Of a stretch of 64,000 nucleotides of DNA, positions 50,751 through 64,000 are shown piece by piece. Source of the DNA: Lama glama (lineage: Eukaryota); contig CM052816.1 in NCBI GenBank assembly GCA_028534125.1, forward strand, positions 76,696,001-76,760,000, written 5' to 3'. The position numbers and the translations under genes are program-made. Position 1 is the stretch's first letter. Each line of letters opens with the position of its first letter. The notes beneath the pieces were generated by a model that had not been told where the DNA came from, did not search any database, and saw nothing but the letters and a program-made list of their open reading frames with translations.

Positions 50751-52667
50751 GCTTCAAAATATATATATATATATATATCCTTATTAACTTAATTGTCTCC
50801 AAATGTCTAAAAATCATCAAACTGTTACATCCAGAAATTATTGAATAAGCTATGACCCTTTAGATTATTTCAAAGAGGATTTGAGTTGTAGGGGGAAGGC
50901 AGCACAGGAGACAGGGCAAAATTGCCATGAACTAGGAATGGAGAGACATAGATTTTAAATCCGGTTTTGCTCTTAACCGTCCAACTTTGAATAAGTAGCA
51001 TAATTCCCTGCTTTTACTTTCCCATGTGTGAGACAGGTGAACAATCCTTCTCATCTGCCCCCATCACTGACTGGGTTCTAGGCTTGCCAAGCAAAAGACT
51101 GTAATTTACTCTGCAGTTTCTGCAGTAGGTTTCACCCAGGATCGTTCAGTCTGTGCTGTACCCTCTGAATTAGGTATTCATTGAAGCTGGTCTCAATGGC
51201 AGATGAGAAAAATATGGTGTCATGCCACTGGTCTGTTGAGGGTGAGGTTTCTAGAACCAAGGAAGTAATCTCTTTGGAGGAGATGCTAAAACAAAATGCT
51301 AACATGATCTTCTAAGTAAGTGAAAAAAAAAATAGAAAGATAGGAAACGATTCCAGTTGAAGGCTACAGAACTAATATTGGGGAAACTAGAAGACATTGA
51401 AAAGATCCATGGAGGCACTGACAGATGAAGCCTAGAGTAAGTCCTGAAACCAGTGGTCAACCGCTCAGCAACTCAGGTCAGGGGTGATCTCAGGCTTGAG
51501 TTATATGATATGATGGGCACCCCCAAACTTGAATTCCACCTCCTCAGATTTCATGGATGTCCACCAGAGAATAGCAAAGAGATTTTCTCAACGGTGCGTG
51601 AACATGAATCACCTGGGATACTTCTTTAAAACATCGATGCCTGAAGCCCACCCTCAGAAAGCCTGATTTAATTGGCATGGAACAGGGAATCACAGTTTTA
51701 TAATTCCTGTTTTCAGCATCTGAGGATGATGATATGCCGTGAGTATTGAGACCTATTGATACCAGTCATAAAGCTGCATCTGCCATGGCCTCTTGATAAG
51801 GCCGGTCAGTTCCAGATGAGGATTTAGTTTTATGGAAAGTTTCTGGCAGAGAGTTTCTCAGCCACGTGGTTTCAATAGACAGTAATACTCATACTTTCAT
51901 GAAAGCAGGTTCTTTAAGGAGTTTTGGCAACTTGCATAATACATGTTTATCCTATACTTTTAGAAGCTCATCAGGCCTGAGTTTCTGGATATTGTAGGCA
52001 AAAGTCAGGTATACAGAAATAGCATCTCCAGTCATGCAGGTTGCCTAGTGACAAACATGTCTTGCAAAACTATGATGTGGGTAGATCATCAGGAGATCAT
52101 AACCTAGAGAAATGCAGGCCTAGGTATGCCCTAAACCACATGATAAAGGACTTTCTTCCCCTTCTTGCACTTAGTTATTCATTTACTCATTCCTAAAATG
52201 TTTCTTGGCCACCTACTATGTTCCAGACACTTGGTACACATGCTGAACAAGATTGAAAAGTTCCGCAGCCCCTTGTTTTGTGGTTTTGCATACCATTGTA
52301 TCCTCCATGGCTGGCAAATAGTAGGCAATTAATAAATAAATGACTGAAGAAATAAGTTAAGTGAATGAAGTATGTCATTGCAAAGAGACTTTTGATAAAA
52401 GATGCTATAATATGTACATATAAGAACACAGACATAGAATTAATTACCTGATGGGTTAGGGAAGGTTCTCTGGGGGAGAAAAAAATTATGTCAAAGATGA
52501 GACCAGTGTGGTGACTAGGAAACAGTAAGTTTAAAGGCCTGAAGACGTGAGAAAAAGTAGCTTATCTTGAGAATTTCAAGTTCAACGTGGCTGGTGCTTA
52601 GAAGCGGGAAAAGTGAAATCGAAGAATTGGGAAGGAGATAGGCCATGTAGAGCTTGCTGGACCATGT

Positions 52668-53142
52668 GGCTTAGTTTCCTGTTGCAGCTGTAACAAACTA
52701 CCACAAATCAGGGGCTTAAAACAACACAGATTTATTATCTTACAGTTGTTTAGGTCAGGCATGTGAAATGAGTCTCACGGGGTAAAATCAAGGCTCCGGC
52801 AGGGCTGTGGTCCTTTCTGGAGACTCCAGGGGAGAATCTATTTCCTTGCCCCTTCCAGCTGCCTGCATTCCTTGGCGAGACTCCTTCTACCTTCAGAGCC
52901 AGCAACAATGGGTGGAGTCCCTTTGAATTTGAATTTCTTTGCTTTGAATTTCTCCTCCCACTTCTGTCTTCACATCTCTGAATTATTCTGCTTTTAAGAG
53001 CTCACAGGATTGGAATGGGCTCACCCAGATAATCTAGAATCGTCTCCTATTAATCACATGCTCAGAGTCTCTTTTGCCACGTAAAGGAACATATTCACAG
53101 ATGCTGGGGATGTCTTTGGGAGTCATTATTCTGCCTACCACA
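52668..53142. mobile_element. MLT1-family LTR inserted into L2-derived sequence
   Basis: TTAGTTTCCTGTTGCAGCTGTAACAAACTACCACAAA...GGCTTAAAACAACACAGATTTATTATCTTACAG...ATTATTCTGCCTACCACA. Confidence 0.8.
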
Positions 53143-55011
53143 TCATGTTAGAAGATTTGGACTTTATCTTAAAAGCAGAGGGAAGCTATCAGAAGAGTTT
53201 CAGCAGAGGAATGAATGATCAACTTTGCGTTTTTGAAAGACCTCTCTGGATGATTTATGGAAACTGGATTAGAAAAAAATTATTGTCATCTAGGAGAGAT
53301 GAATGTTAGTATAGACCAGAGAAGAGTCTGGAAGAGATGGATTTGAGAGTCATTTACGAGACTGTAAACAACAGGTTTTAGTGGTGGATTCAATATGGGG
53401 GATAAGCACGGATAAGACCAGTACCACCCAAGTCTCCAGTTAGGGTGACTGCATACATGGAGATTCTGTTCACCAAGACAATAAATGCAGGAGGAGGAGC
53501 AGCTTTGAGAGAAGAGGACAAATAATTAATTTGTCCTGGGACATATTAAATTCAACAAGCCGTGAAAACATGCAAGTGCCGATGTCCAGTTGGGAGTTAT
53601 ATCCAAGAGTTTAAAATTGGGAAGAGATGTCTGGACTGCAGACTTATCTCTGAGTGTTGTTAACATTCACATGGAAACCAAAGCCCTGGGAAAAGCATAG
53701 AGAGAAAAAGATCCAAGGGCAGGCATTTAAGGAAAAACAGCATTTCGGAGACTACCAAAGGAGAAGGAGTCTGCTTAGGAGAATAAGAGAACAGGACAGA
53801 GGGGAAGGAAGCAATTAAAGGGGTGGTGTCACTCAGTCCAATGGGAAGAGATTATTTTAAAGAGCAAGAGTGGACAATTGTATTGACCACTGTGTAAGAT
53901 ACAGACTGAAGGGAACCAAGTGAACCGGCCACTTGGAGTCATTGTTGACTTTGGCAAGAGCCATGACCCTGAGGCAGGAGGGCTGAGCCATGATTGGGAG
54001 GTAAGCAACAAGCGACCAGGGCACAAACTACTTTTTCAAGAAAGTTGGCCTAAAAAGATGAGAGAATTTGGGACATAGCTAAAACGAGGAGGAGGCGAGT
54101 TTTTGTTTTTTGGGGGTTTTTTTTGTAAAAGAGAGAAACAGAAATATGTTTACAGCAATTTCTTTAAGTGTCATTGTGAAGGGGAGAGGGAGAGATGGGG
54201 GTAGCTGGAAGAAAATGTGAAGTTCAGAAAGAGGGTTCTATTTGCTCATACAATTGTTTATGTTTAAGGTAAAAAACTTGAACACATTGTACTACAAATG
54301 GGAAGGAACTGGTACTAAAGGAGAGTTTTAAATGGAGAAGATGTTCAATTGATCAAGGTCTCAAAGAGATGCTGGGATCTAGAGCTCTAGGGGAGGGATT
54401 GGCCTTAACCCAGCCATCCCTCTGGAATGAAAGTCTGCACTGTGAAAAGAATAGGTGCCAGTTCCAGAAAGTGGGGCAGAAAGTTTCTGATTCTTGTTTC
54501 TTGGCTTTTGTCTTTGGTTTTCCTTCTCTCATGAGATAATAATCCAAGGTGGTGTTGCAACTGAAAGAGGACCAAATGGTGAACCAAGAGAAAAAGAAAA
54601 GTTCAAAGCAGCAAAGACTGGTGAGGGGTAGGAGGGAAGGTTCTAAGTGCCAAAATACATATGTTGAAATTTCAGAAAGATGAGGAATAAGTCCTGGAGT
54701 GGAATGTGAAGCAATAAGGCTTCCAGTCCAGAAGATATAGGATGAAGGGCTAGGAAAGCTTGATTAATGAGGTGCTTGCGGCAGGAAGGGCTGAGTGGGT
54801 TGGCTTAAATTTGCAAGAAAACCAGGCTACCTGAGGCTTTGCCAGACTCTCTGGGTGTTGGGGTATGGTGAGTGGGGTTTACAAAATGAAACAAGGTTTC
54901 TAGCTTCAATGAGTTGGTAAACCAGTTGGAAATATAAGACTCATCATCAAAAAACTCATAGTAAGAGGACTTGCTAGTTTTCTTCAACACCATTATTATG
55001 TAACAAGGAAC

Positions 55012-55132
55012 TTTTGGGGGGGGGATGGGTAATTAGGTATTCATTTATTTTAACGGAGGTACTGGGGACCGAACCCATGGCCTCGTGCATGCTAAGCACA
55101 CACTCTTCCACTGAACTATACCCTCTCCGCCC
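55012..55132 (-). mobile_element. vic-1-type SINE
   Basis: Reverse-complement SINE head; flanking repeat CACCATTATTATG at 54988-55000 and 55135-55147. Confidence 0.88.
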
Positions 55133-55377
55133 ATCACCATTATTATGGTTGTTGTCACTGTTAGGATGAAGTTGAAATTACCATGCAGTACAAGAATTAA
55201 ACAAAAAGATGAATTGAAAATACAAAACAGCGCATGATCAAAGGTCAAATGAGAGAGTAAAAGGTAAGTACTGTGATTCGGGAGAGGAGAAGTCAATAAA
55301 AAAACTGGTTTGTGAAGACTTTTTGGAAACAAGCACACTTTATGGTCAGTACGAGCTGACATGCTTTATTATCTTAG

Positions 55378-55483
55378 TTACGACCCGGAGCCAGGGCAGA
55401 GCGGTGACACACCATTGCCCATTGACTGCAGGATAAGCCCATGGAGCGGATGGTCAAAATGTGACCCTTGCCTCAAACAAATG
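55378..55483 (+). CDS. C9: C9 exon 2 (start of TSP1 domain)
   Basis: ATCTTAG acceptor; [35 protein letters not shown] with WxxWxxC motif; donor ATG|GTAAGT; 106 nt. Confidence 0.96.
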
Positions 55484-55652
55484 GTAAGTGTTCATCCCCG
55501 CTCCCCGCTGAAGTCCCCGTATGGAAACTGTATTGCCAGCATCTCTAGGAAAATGACTATGAGGCAGGCAGCCCTCCAGTTGAGTTCTAAACCCAGAAGG
55601 AAAGGTAAGTATCTAGATGGTTGAGGCTGGGAAATCTGAATGTTGCCATTTA

Positions 55653-55762
55653 TTAATTTTATTTTAATTTTTTTCCCTTAATGGAAGCGGTGGGGATAAG
55701 ACCCCAGGACTTCATGCACGCCTAGCATGTGCTCTGCCGTTGAGCTGCACCCCCTTACACCC
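55653..55762 (-). mobile_element. Diverged vic-1-type SINE in C9 intron 2
   Basis: CCCAGGACTTCATGCACGCCTAGCATGTGCTCTGCCGTTGAGCTGCACCCCC; TSD TGAATGTTGCCATTTA / TGAACGTTGCAATTTA. Confidence 0.8.
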
Positions 55763-55997
55763 TGAACGTTGCAATTTAATAAATGAGAATCACGAGGGAC
55801 CATAGCCTGTAGAAGAGACGCAAGCCCTACAATGTGAGCTGTTACTGCAAATAACACCAGGAACTGCTCTCAGAGCTTTCATCTTAAAATCACGGACTCA
55901 CCTGAGCTTAGAGGGCTGCAGAGGTGTGGGGGCGGCTTTGGATCATAATCTCTTTTTGGCATTAGAAACTCTGACATTTCTAGCTGGTTTTGTGCAG

Positions 55998-56142
55998 TTT
56001 CGCTCAAGGAGCATTGAGGCCTTTGGGCAGTTCGGTGGGCGGAAGTGCGCGGACGCCGTGGGAGACATGAGGCAGTGCGAGCCCACGGAGGCCTGCGAAG
56101 ACCCCGAGGACGACTGTGGCAATGACTTCAGGTGTGATACAG
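55998..56142 (+). CDS. C9: C9 exon 3 (TSP1 end, LDLRA start)
   Basis: TTTGTGCAG acceptor; [48 protein letters not shown](G); donor CAG|GTAATC; 145 nt. Confidence 0.96.
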
Positions 56143-56388
56143 GTAATCCTCGCGCTCCCGCTGCCCGGGGTGGGTTTCTGGGAGCGCTCGTGAGCGGAAA
56201 GAAACGCCCGTGCGTCCAAATATGAAACGGGCCAACGGAAGGGCCGTCTCTATACTCTGTGCGAAAAGCTCAAATCTGTGTGCGGTCCCTCCCCTCTACC
56301 GTTAAAGTGTATCTGGTAACTTCAGGGGAAAAAAGAGGAAATTTGGCATTAGATAGATGCATGAAGTCTTTCCTGATTTTGACTGCAG

Positions 56389-56536
56389 GCCGATGCATAA
56401 AGAGGCGACTTCTGTGTAACGGTGACGACGACTGTGGGGACTTTTCAGATGAGGATGCCTGTGAAAGTGATCCCCGTCCCCCCTGCGGTGACAGAGTGGC
56501 TGAAGAGTCCGAGATGGCACAGACAGCAGGCTACGG
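56389..56536 (+). CDS. C9: C9 exon 4 (LDLRA domain, start of MACPF)
   Basis: GACTGCAG acceptor; [48 protein letters not shown](G); donor CGG|GTCTGT; 148 nt. Confidence 0.94.
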
Positions 56537-57656
56537 GTCTGTATTCCACTAGGATGTTTCTAGATGAAGATGAGTGAAGCAGGCTCCCTCTCTCCTGCCG
56601 AGCTGCAGCAGTAGAGGGTTTGAGCCGCTGTAAACAGTAGCCTATGGGTCTCTGTTCTGTTTGAATTACATTTGGACTTGAAAGAAGGTAGGTGCTGAAT
56701 TAGTATCTCGTGATACTTCAGACAAACTACCGGGCCTCTGTAGGGGTCTGCAGAATGGATTAGACCATCAGAATGGTAGGAGATTACTTCCACATCCCGT
56801 AGGAGATGAGACACCTTGTTTATCAACCCCTGGAAGACTGTAGCAATATTGAAGTAGCTTGTTAACATTTGAAATTGAGTTGCCAGGAGTAGGTCTGGCA
56901 ATTCAAGTCAAATATTTGAATAACCAGGAAGACTGTCTTCTGTTGGAACTTCTCCTGCCTCTATTCCTGGATATAAGTTCTCAGTGGAGTGGGGTGGGGT
57001 GGCGGTTCCAGCATTCTGGAGTTCACTCAAGAGGAAAAGTTCAGAGAAAGTAGTTCTGATGCCAAATAGGGCTGGTGTAGAGAATTCTGGTTCTCATGAC
57101 AGAGCCGAAGTTTCCCAAACCATAGGCGTTCTGGCAGGGTAAGCTCGGAGGAGACGTCTTGGACAGTCTAGAACTTAGACTGATACAGGATAGAGACCAT
57201 TTGCAGAGATCTGTGCTCTCAGAGCTGGAAAATAACAGACGTCTGGGGTGCTGTTCTGTTCTATTTCATTTAGTTAGCGAACCCTCCAGGGATGGCCACA
57301 GCATAGCTTCCCTGAGTTGTTCTGAGCAGTTTTCAGTAAAGCACTCTGGGTGGATTTGTCGGTATATTGATAGAGATTGCACAGGGCTGTGTTTCTTTGC
57401 CTGTAACACAGTATGTCTCTTCATCCTTGTGACCCAGTGCCTGGTTCATAGTAGGCACACAATAATACCAGTGGGTGGATAAACAGATGAATTAATTAAT
57501 TTAAATGCTTCTAAAATATGTCAGTTGCATCAGGTAGGATGAAAATGGGTCCCTGGAAAGAAATTCAGGTTCAGGCCTGCGGTAAGAGGAAGGGGGATGA
57601 GGAGAGGAAAGAAGATGGGGTGATGATAAAAGCAAAGCTGATAGAGGGACTAAGGC

Positions 57657-57868
57657 AGTGGTTCTCAGCCAGAGGGGATTTCTCCCCAGGGGACTTTCGG
57701 TCATGTCTGGAAATTGCTAGTGGTCATGACTGTGGAACATGGAGGTGGGGAGCTTGTGGGGGTGGGGGCACCCCTGGCACCCAGTGGGTAGAGGCCCTGG
57801 GTGACGCTGTGCATCCTACAATGCACAGAACAGCGAAGTGTCAATAGTGCTGAGGTTGAGCAAAATCT
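57657..57868. mobile_element. MER20-like hAT MITE
   Basis: CAGTGGTTCTCA...CAGTGGGTAGAGGCC...CATCCTACAATGCACAG...TGTCAATAGTGCTGAGGTTGAG. Confidence 0.8.
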
Positions 57869-60054
57869 TCCACTAATGAACTGGGCAGTTTCTAAGATAG
57901 GACCTCTGTGTCTGGCTTGGCTATAAGTGGAAATGCCTCCTCTCTCTAAGGCAGATGAAACTTCCAGTTGTTTAATCACCAAAAGGAAAAAATTCCAGCA
58001 TATCAGGAATCAGACCCCAGATACAACATTTCACATATCCTTCATTCACTTTATAAAATCTTATCGCGGCGGAGTTCAAATATGATCCGCCAGTGCCTTT
58101 GGCCCTTAGCCTAAAGGTAAGACTCTTGAATCAAATGGATGGTCTTGAGCCCCACACTCAGCAGGGCCTCTTAATAATTGGTGGAAATGAACAGGGGTTG
58201 TCCAAAACTGTGTAACCATATCACTGCAGGCACCAGTGAGCTCTGACTCCTCTTGCTGCCTCCCTCAGGGAAAGGATGTGAGTCTGTGGTGAGAGCCCAT
58301 CACTACTGTATTTTGTGTTCTTTGGGATCCAAGAAACGGTTTTTTCTCTGATCTAAACAAACAGGCTTAAAGCAGGGTGTTGCATATATTACATATTCTC
58401 ACTCCATGCAAATTTACATCTGGTTTTATAGGAAAAGGATACAGAAATCATAACCCTCTTGGATGCAAAACACTCATTTGTCATCTATAGATTTCCTTTG
58501 TTCGGGAAAAAGAAAATTTGTTCTATAGCATTTGCCAGGGAGCTTCATGAGGCATCCCAGAGAGTAGCTAGGACCCCTTCAACACCTCATGCCTTACCCC
58601 AGTCGGGACTGGAGGTGGGGACCCTCGCCCGGCTGAGCCTTCAGGACTAAGTGGTTGCGTGGGGCCCCAGTTCTGGGAAAGGTTGACTGAGAGGCGGAAA
58701 ATGAGGTAGGCTCTGATAGAATCAGCCCACCAACTTTTTTTTTTTAATTAGATTCCCCATCACCATGTGCCATCCCCTATAACTAGTCTTCATAAAACCT
58801 ATTGTTCTCTGACAGCTTTCATTAGCATAATGCTTTGAATTTTTCAAAACCTTTTGCACGTTCTTTCCCTTAGCTGTGAGATTGTTAGGGGCAGGAGTAT
58901 ATGTTTTATAGGTAAGAACTGAGTGAAATAAGTAAGACCATTTGGCTCATTCGTTGCTAGCAGATCTAAAACCCAAGTTTCCCTGACAGATCGAAAACTA
59001 TCTTTTTTTTATCATGCCACCTTTCCTGCCCCTTCTCTCCACAGGCCTGCCACCACCCACATCACTTCCCCCACATCATTACAGAGCCCCTAAGTCAATT
59101 CCCTAACTTCAAAGCAAAACTAATCTTAGAAAATGAAATTCCTTAAGTAGCTATTATGATTATTATTACTCAGATATTTTAATTAAGAATTTAGAAGAGT
59201 ATTATAAACCATTAATTAATATTTAAGAAGAGGTTTCAAAATAACATGCTTTATTATATGTATGATATTCTTCAATGCCATTAATATCACATATTTATTT
59301 ACTACACATCTCCATTACTCTTATTTGGGGCGATGGGACTACACTGAAGCAGAGGTAAACATTCTAATCATAGCAACATGCTTATAAACCATCCAGACTG
59401 GAAAACCTCAACAAGTCTCACCAGCAGTCATACAGTCAGATTCTTTTCCATGTGAAAATCACGAGTATTTATAGTAATTAATGTATACTTTTTTTTTTCC
59501 ATTTGCAGGACTCTCGTGTAAATTCTTATGCCAAGAGAGTTCATTTGTATCACAAGTTCTTGTCTTGTTGTAGGCATCTGAGATTCTCCAGAAGTATTTA
59601 GGGAAATCCCCAAGCCATCTCGCACTCATTGAAAAAAAGACAAATCCAAACCAGCCGTAAATGGTGTACAATACGCAAGGAATGACTTTTTTGTGTGATG
59701 GAAGCACAACACCACTTCTGTGGAGGGAGACTTCTCTGCAGTTCACCTGGTAAATTGGAACTGCCTGTGGTTCTAGGTGCAGGTGTGAAAACAGGCATCT
59801 CCAAGTGCTGCCAAAGAACACATGTTTTTTATTTCCCAGGCGATGACATTCCATCCGTGAGAAGTTTTCATGTTTCTTGGCAGAGAAAATATTGGCTCAT
59901 CCTAGACTAGACTGGCTGTCTCTGTAGTAGTGGAACCAAGTCAAAAGTTTTGAAACATTTCTTCCTTAGTTGTACTTTAGACTGTGCATCAGCTTCCCTG
60001 TAACTTTCCAGATGGATCCAGCCAACTGGTCAAGTTGCTGTTCCATAAAACAAA

Positions 60055-61430
60055 AACCTTCAAACTGGGGTGTACATACCATGGGAGGAGAAAGACTTTC
60101 AAAGAGGGGAGACAGGTGATTTTTAAGACAATAGTTTCCTCAACTCTTAGATACTGAACTAATCTAGCTAACTAATAATAAATCTTCAATACCGTATGTA
60201 CAGCTTTTTCGTAAAAATCGATAAGCTTGATGACGTAGCTGCATTCAAGCTGTCAAGCCTATTCTCCTTTCTCACCTCCCCTTTTATAATCACCTAACTC
60301 CCACTTTCCAAAAGAAGTGTACACCCTTGACCCATCTCACATTTTATTATGGGGTAAAAAAAACAAGAAACAGCTCCAAACATTGATATTCAGTTGGACT
60401 CGGATTCTAACGTCTTAAAGTCAAATGCTCTCCAGTTCTTTTTACCAGCAACATTGTAAGGTGTCCCAATTGATTGCTAGTTAATGGACTTTAAAAGTAG
60501 CTTTTAATGAAAGACTAGTATGTATTTTTTTGGCATAAAACTCAGAAGATCAAAGAATTGAGTGACATTGCTATGACAGAATTCCTTCAATTCTTATCTA
60601 CTTATTTATGTGGGTAAAGTTCCTCAGCATTTACGTCTATAAAAATGGAAACTAGAAATAAAATTGATACTGAGCCCACCCTGTCTTTTTCTAGAAATAA
60701 GTAATATTCATCCATGTTTGCAGTAACTAATCCATTAAATAAAAAAGCCTCACTCATTTCACTGAGAGAGAATTTTCCAATAAAATTTTACTTACATTCA
60801 CTAACTATTTTTAAATTTTAACATACTTAAATGTGCTACTAATAATGGTAACACAATAGAAGAATTTTTAAAGTACTTAGACCTTATGGTCGAAGGATAT
60901 TTAATGTTAAAAAAATTTCAATTAATAGCTTTTAGGTACAGAAAAGTGTGAAAAGTGATCATTTATAACTTCCAAACATAAAACTACGTTAGGTTACAAT
61001 TCTGTGGCAGAAACGGGATAGAAATATAGATTCAAGCATAAAAGGGGGTTAGGGACATGCAGGAAATCTCCGTATCATCCACTCCTTTTGCTGTGAACCT
61101 AAAACTGCTATAAGAAATAGTCTATATTTTTTTAAAAGGAAGAATCAAAAAGAATACCATAAAACCTCCAGCTGTTACAGAGATATAAACATTTCAGTCA
61201 CTTGATATTTACCATTACTACAGAATTTATATCCCATTGGATTTATTTTAAAAAGAGGCAAAATAATTATATTTTAAAATGTAAATATTTATAGCATGCT
61301 GGGAAACCATATCCTTTGCAACTACTTAAACTTAAGAGGAAACATTTTTAGATATCAAACTAAAATCGTACAAGGAAGCATAGCTTATGAACATTTTTTT
61401 AGAGAGTAGACAAGCAGAAAATCTGAAGAC
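60055..61430. mobile_element. hAT-Charlie DNA transposon fossil with a nested short L1 3' end (about 61040-61135)
   Basis: AAAGAATTGAGTGACATTGCT...TCTACTTATTTATGTG...CTCAGCATTTACGTCTATAAAAA...AAATTGATACTGAGCC resembles a decayed hAT transposase C-terminal region. Confidence 0.6.
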
Positions 61431-63380
61431 TGCTATGCAAAAACATGCCGTACACATCTCCACCTCCAGACTTCTGTACATTACTCCCTCCTGCCCTTCA
61501 GGCCCCATGCTTCAAAATACAAATCAAATCCTACTCCTTCTAAAATGTTTTTTATGACCCTGCCATGGGGACCTCTTCCTCTTGGGAACCTGTCTGTCAC
61601 TTACCTGAACTGCTCATCAGGCACATGCGTTTTCATCCATGGACTGATTTCTGGAATTAGTGATTGTGTGTCCAACTACCTACCCTGAATACAATTTTCA
61701 TGAGATCAAAGACTATTAACCGTCTTAAAATAACCCACTGTTTATTAAAAACACTACGCTACGTGTAGATATAGTAGTCACCTAAGAATTCATCATCATT
61801 ACAAAGATGAATGTCATTATTCGCAGAAAGGGAAGAGGTACAGGGTCTCTGTTAATGCAGATATATGGAAGACAAGTTCACTACGGAATAATGAAAATGT
61901 ACTTGATGTCTTGTTGAAGAAACAGACACAGATCATTTGTTTCCAGTATTCTATGTCTTTGTATCAAACCTTTAGTAATATTGTTTTTAAATATTTATCC
62001 CTCACAAGTCCATAGATACAGGGATGGGTGAAAAATTGGAGCCAAAATTTTAATCTAGGAAAAGATATTTAAGAAAATAAACTAGATATATAGTGTTTCT
62101 TTTTCCCTCTCTTTCTTATTCATGTGACTAGGTCTAATTTTTGGCCCTTTATTAGAACTTTAGGGCCATAGCATTTTTGATGAAAGATATTTTTGGTAAG
62201 GCAAGAAGAAGTTCATTTTAACTATACAGTCAACCTTGAGGAAGACAGTCCTGAAGCAGTTCCTTAACTTGCCTTTCGTTAAAGTTGAGCTATAATGTTC
62301 ATCTCCTTCGTAGATTCAAAGTTCGTTAAGAGTGTGCTGTTTATATAAAGAGCTTGTTTTTAATGAACTCACTGGAAATAGGATACCCTTCCAGTTATTT
62401 TTCTTGCGTTAGCGATGGGTTTGCAGTAAGCCATCCACACCCTTTGACAAATTGCTCTTGAAACCAACATCCGAATTGGTAATCCAGCCCATTGGAGTTA
62501 GGGATGTGGTCCAGAGCAATTGAAGAGTTTATGCTTTTGTGCCAAGCTGAGTTATAGATGTGAGGAGCAAGCCTCTATTTTGGTCTCCCTGTCCTGGGGC
62601 CATTTGTTCCAGACCCCATCTAGAAATGACTCTTCCTCTAATTAGTACTTCATAAAGAAGGAAATGCTTCTTGTTCATATTTTAGTTTTTGGCCTACAAA
62701 TCAAAATTAACAATTTTTTTAGACTGAACAAGATTCCTATTTCTGAATTAAAGCTTGCCAAATAAAAATATTTTGCTGGGAGAAAAAAAGTAGAGCTTTT
62801 TGAGAATGCCTTGCCGGATGATGACATTTTTGTGTTTCTCTCGGAAAGTGTAATAGGCATCAAATAAGCCTGGAGGGGATGAGGTTCTTGACACGTGATG
62901 AGACAGCTGGAGAAAGAGGTTTGAGTTTGAAGAGAATGGGGAGAGAAAGAGCCCCAATGTTGCTTCATAGATTAAAAATTACGTGCCTACGTTCTACTGC
63001 TCCCCGAGATGCTCTGTTCCCAAATAATTTAAAGCGGTGGGATCACAGCGTTGGCTCTTAATCCACTGAGGGAGGTTAGCTCAGAGTTACAACAGCGGAG
63101 TCTGGCTCCAGGAGCCAGATGTTCTCTTGCTTCCTTTATTGCATTTTGTTCGTTGTGCCCTCAACGGTGCCCTTGTTGCCTAAAAGAGTTTATAAGAGCT
63201 TCCTAAGGTATACTTCCTGGCTGGGACACAGAGCTGGGGTGAACAGGCTCTCACATCTATTCCTGATTGCATCACTGAGCGCTGGGGACTTGAGCCAGTG
63301 CTCTCTTCCCCAGCGACAGATGGCTGCCTTGCATTGGCTCCTGGCATCTCCACAGCTGATGCTGCTCTGTCCATTCCTAG

Positions 63381-63519
63381 GGTCAACATCCTAGGGGTGG
63401 ATCCCCTCGGCACGCCTTTTGACAACAAGTACTACAACGGGCTGTGTGACCGAGTTCGGGATGGAAACACCCGGACGTACTACCGCAGACCCTGGAACGT
63501 GGCTTTGCTGGCCTATGAA
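63381..63519 (+). CDS. C9: C9 exon 5 (MACPF domain); gene continues beyond the window
   Basis: CATTCCTAG acceptor; [46 protein letters not shown]; donor GAA|GTAAGT; 139 nt. Confidence 0.96.
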
Positions 63520-64000
63520 GTAAGTCTCTTCAGAAAAAAACATGCTGTCCAGCTTTTAGCTGAAAAGTTGTTTCAATGAGTTTAACACTAAATATTGTGA
63601 AAAATTCAGTAGAATTAGAATTTAATGTGAACACAAGATTGACTTAAAGAAAAGGATACACAGCTGGGTCTCTTTAGAAAATATACAACAAAATATGAAG
63701 ACGAATATATGTGTGTGTATGCATGACTGGGACGTTGTGCTCTACACCAGAAATGGACACATTGTAACTGACGATATTTAGTGATAGAGTTTTGGCAAAT
63801 ACCTAGGCTCTGTAGAAAGAATCATCCAGGGTTCTGATGAAACTAAAATTAAATTAGTGCTGATTTAAGGACCGAGTACACTGCTTCCATGCTCAGTTTT
63901 TGCTAGTCTACCGATGAAAGCCCATCCTCACGTTTGTTCCCCTTCAGTAGCCCCCTTTGTAAAGCCTGCTTGACACGTGTTGGGTTATTAGCTGGTATTA

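Noticed and set aside
1..64000. Prokaryote-type systems (CRISPR arrays, operons, defence loci) or a new multi-gene system
   Set aside because: The window is intron-rich mammalian DNA explained by DAB2, C9 and common repeats; no repeat-spacer array or long unexplained ORF was seen.

Overview
Mammalian genomic DNA, most likely from a camelid, judged from several tRNA-derived SINEs of the vic-1 type (GGGGAGGGTATAGCTCAGTGGTAGAGC...GGTTCAATCCCCAGT). Two neighbouring genes lie on the + strand. The first is DAB2 (Disabled-2 clathrin adaptor): all 13 coding exons (7518-27003) splice into an intact 2310-nt CDS of 769 aa, followed by a separate 3'UTR exon from 28579 to about 30450. Its non-coding exon 1 is probably upstream of the window. 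The second is complement C9: promoter and coding exons 1-5 (43526-63519), truncated by the window end. The rest is introns and intergenic DNA with SINEs, L1 3' ends, L2/MIR, MLT LTRs and DNA-transposon fossils. I found no new multi-gene system. The best unexplained structures are a ~197-bp tandem duplication that leaves a decayed copy of DAB2 exon 9 directly upstream of the real exon, a diverged direct repeat bracketing DAB2 exon 12, a TSD-flanked retro-insertion that I do not recognise as a TE, loss of one DAB2 NPF motif, and a CpG-island-like patch over C9 exon 3. Exon numbers and all human comparisons are recalled from memory; repeat family names are by-eye calls with approximate boundaries.
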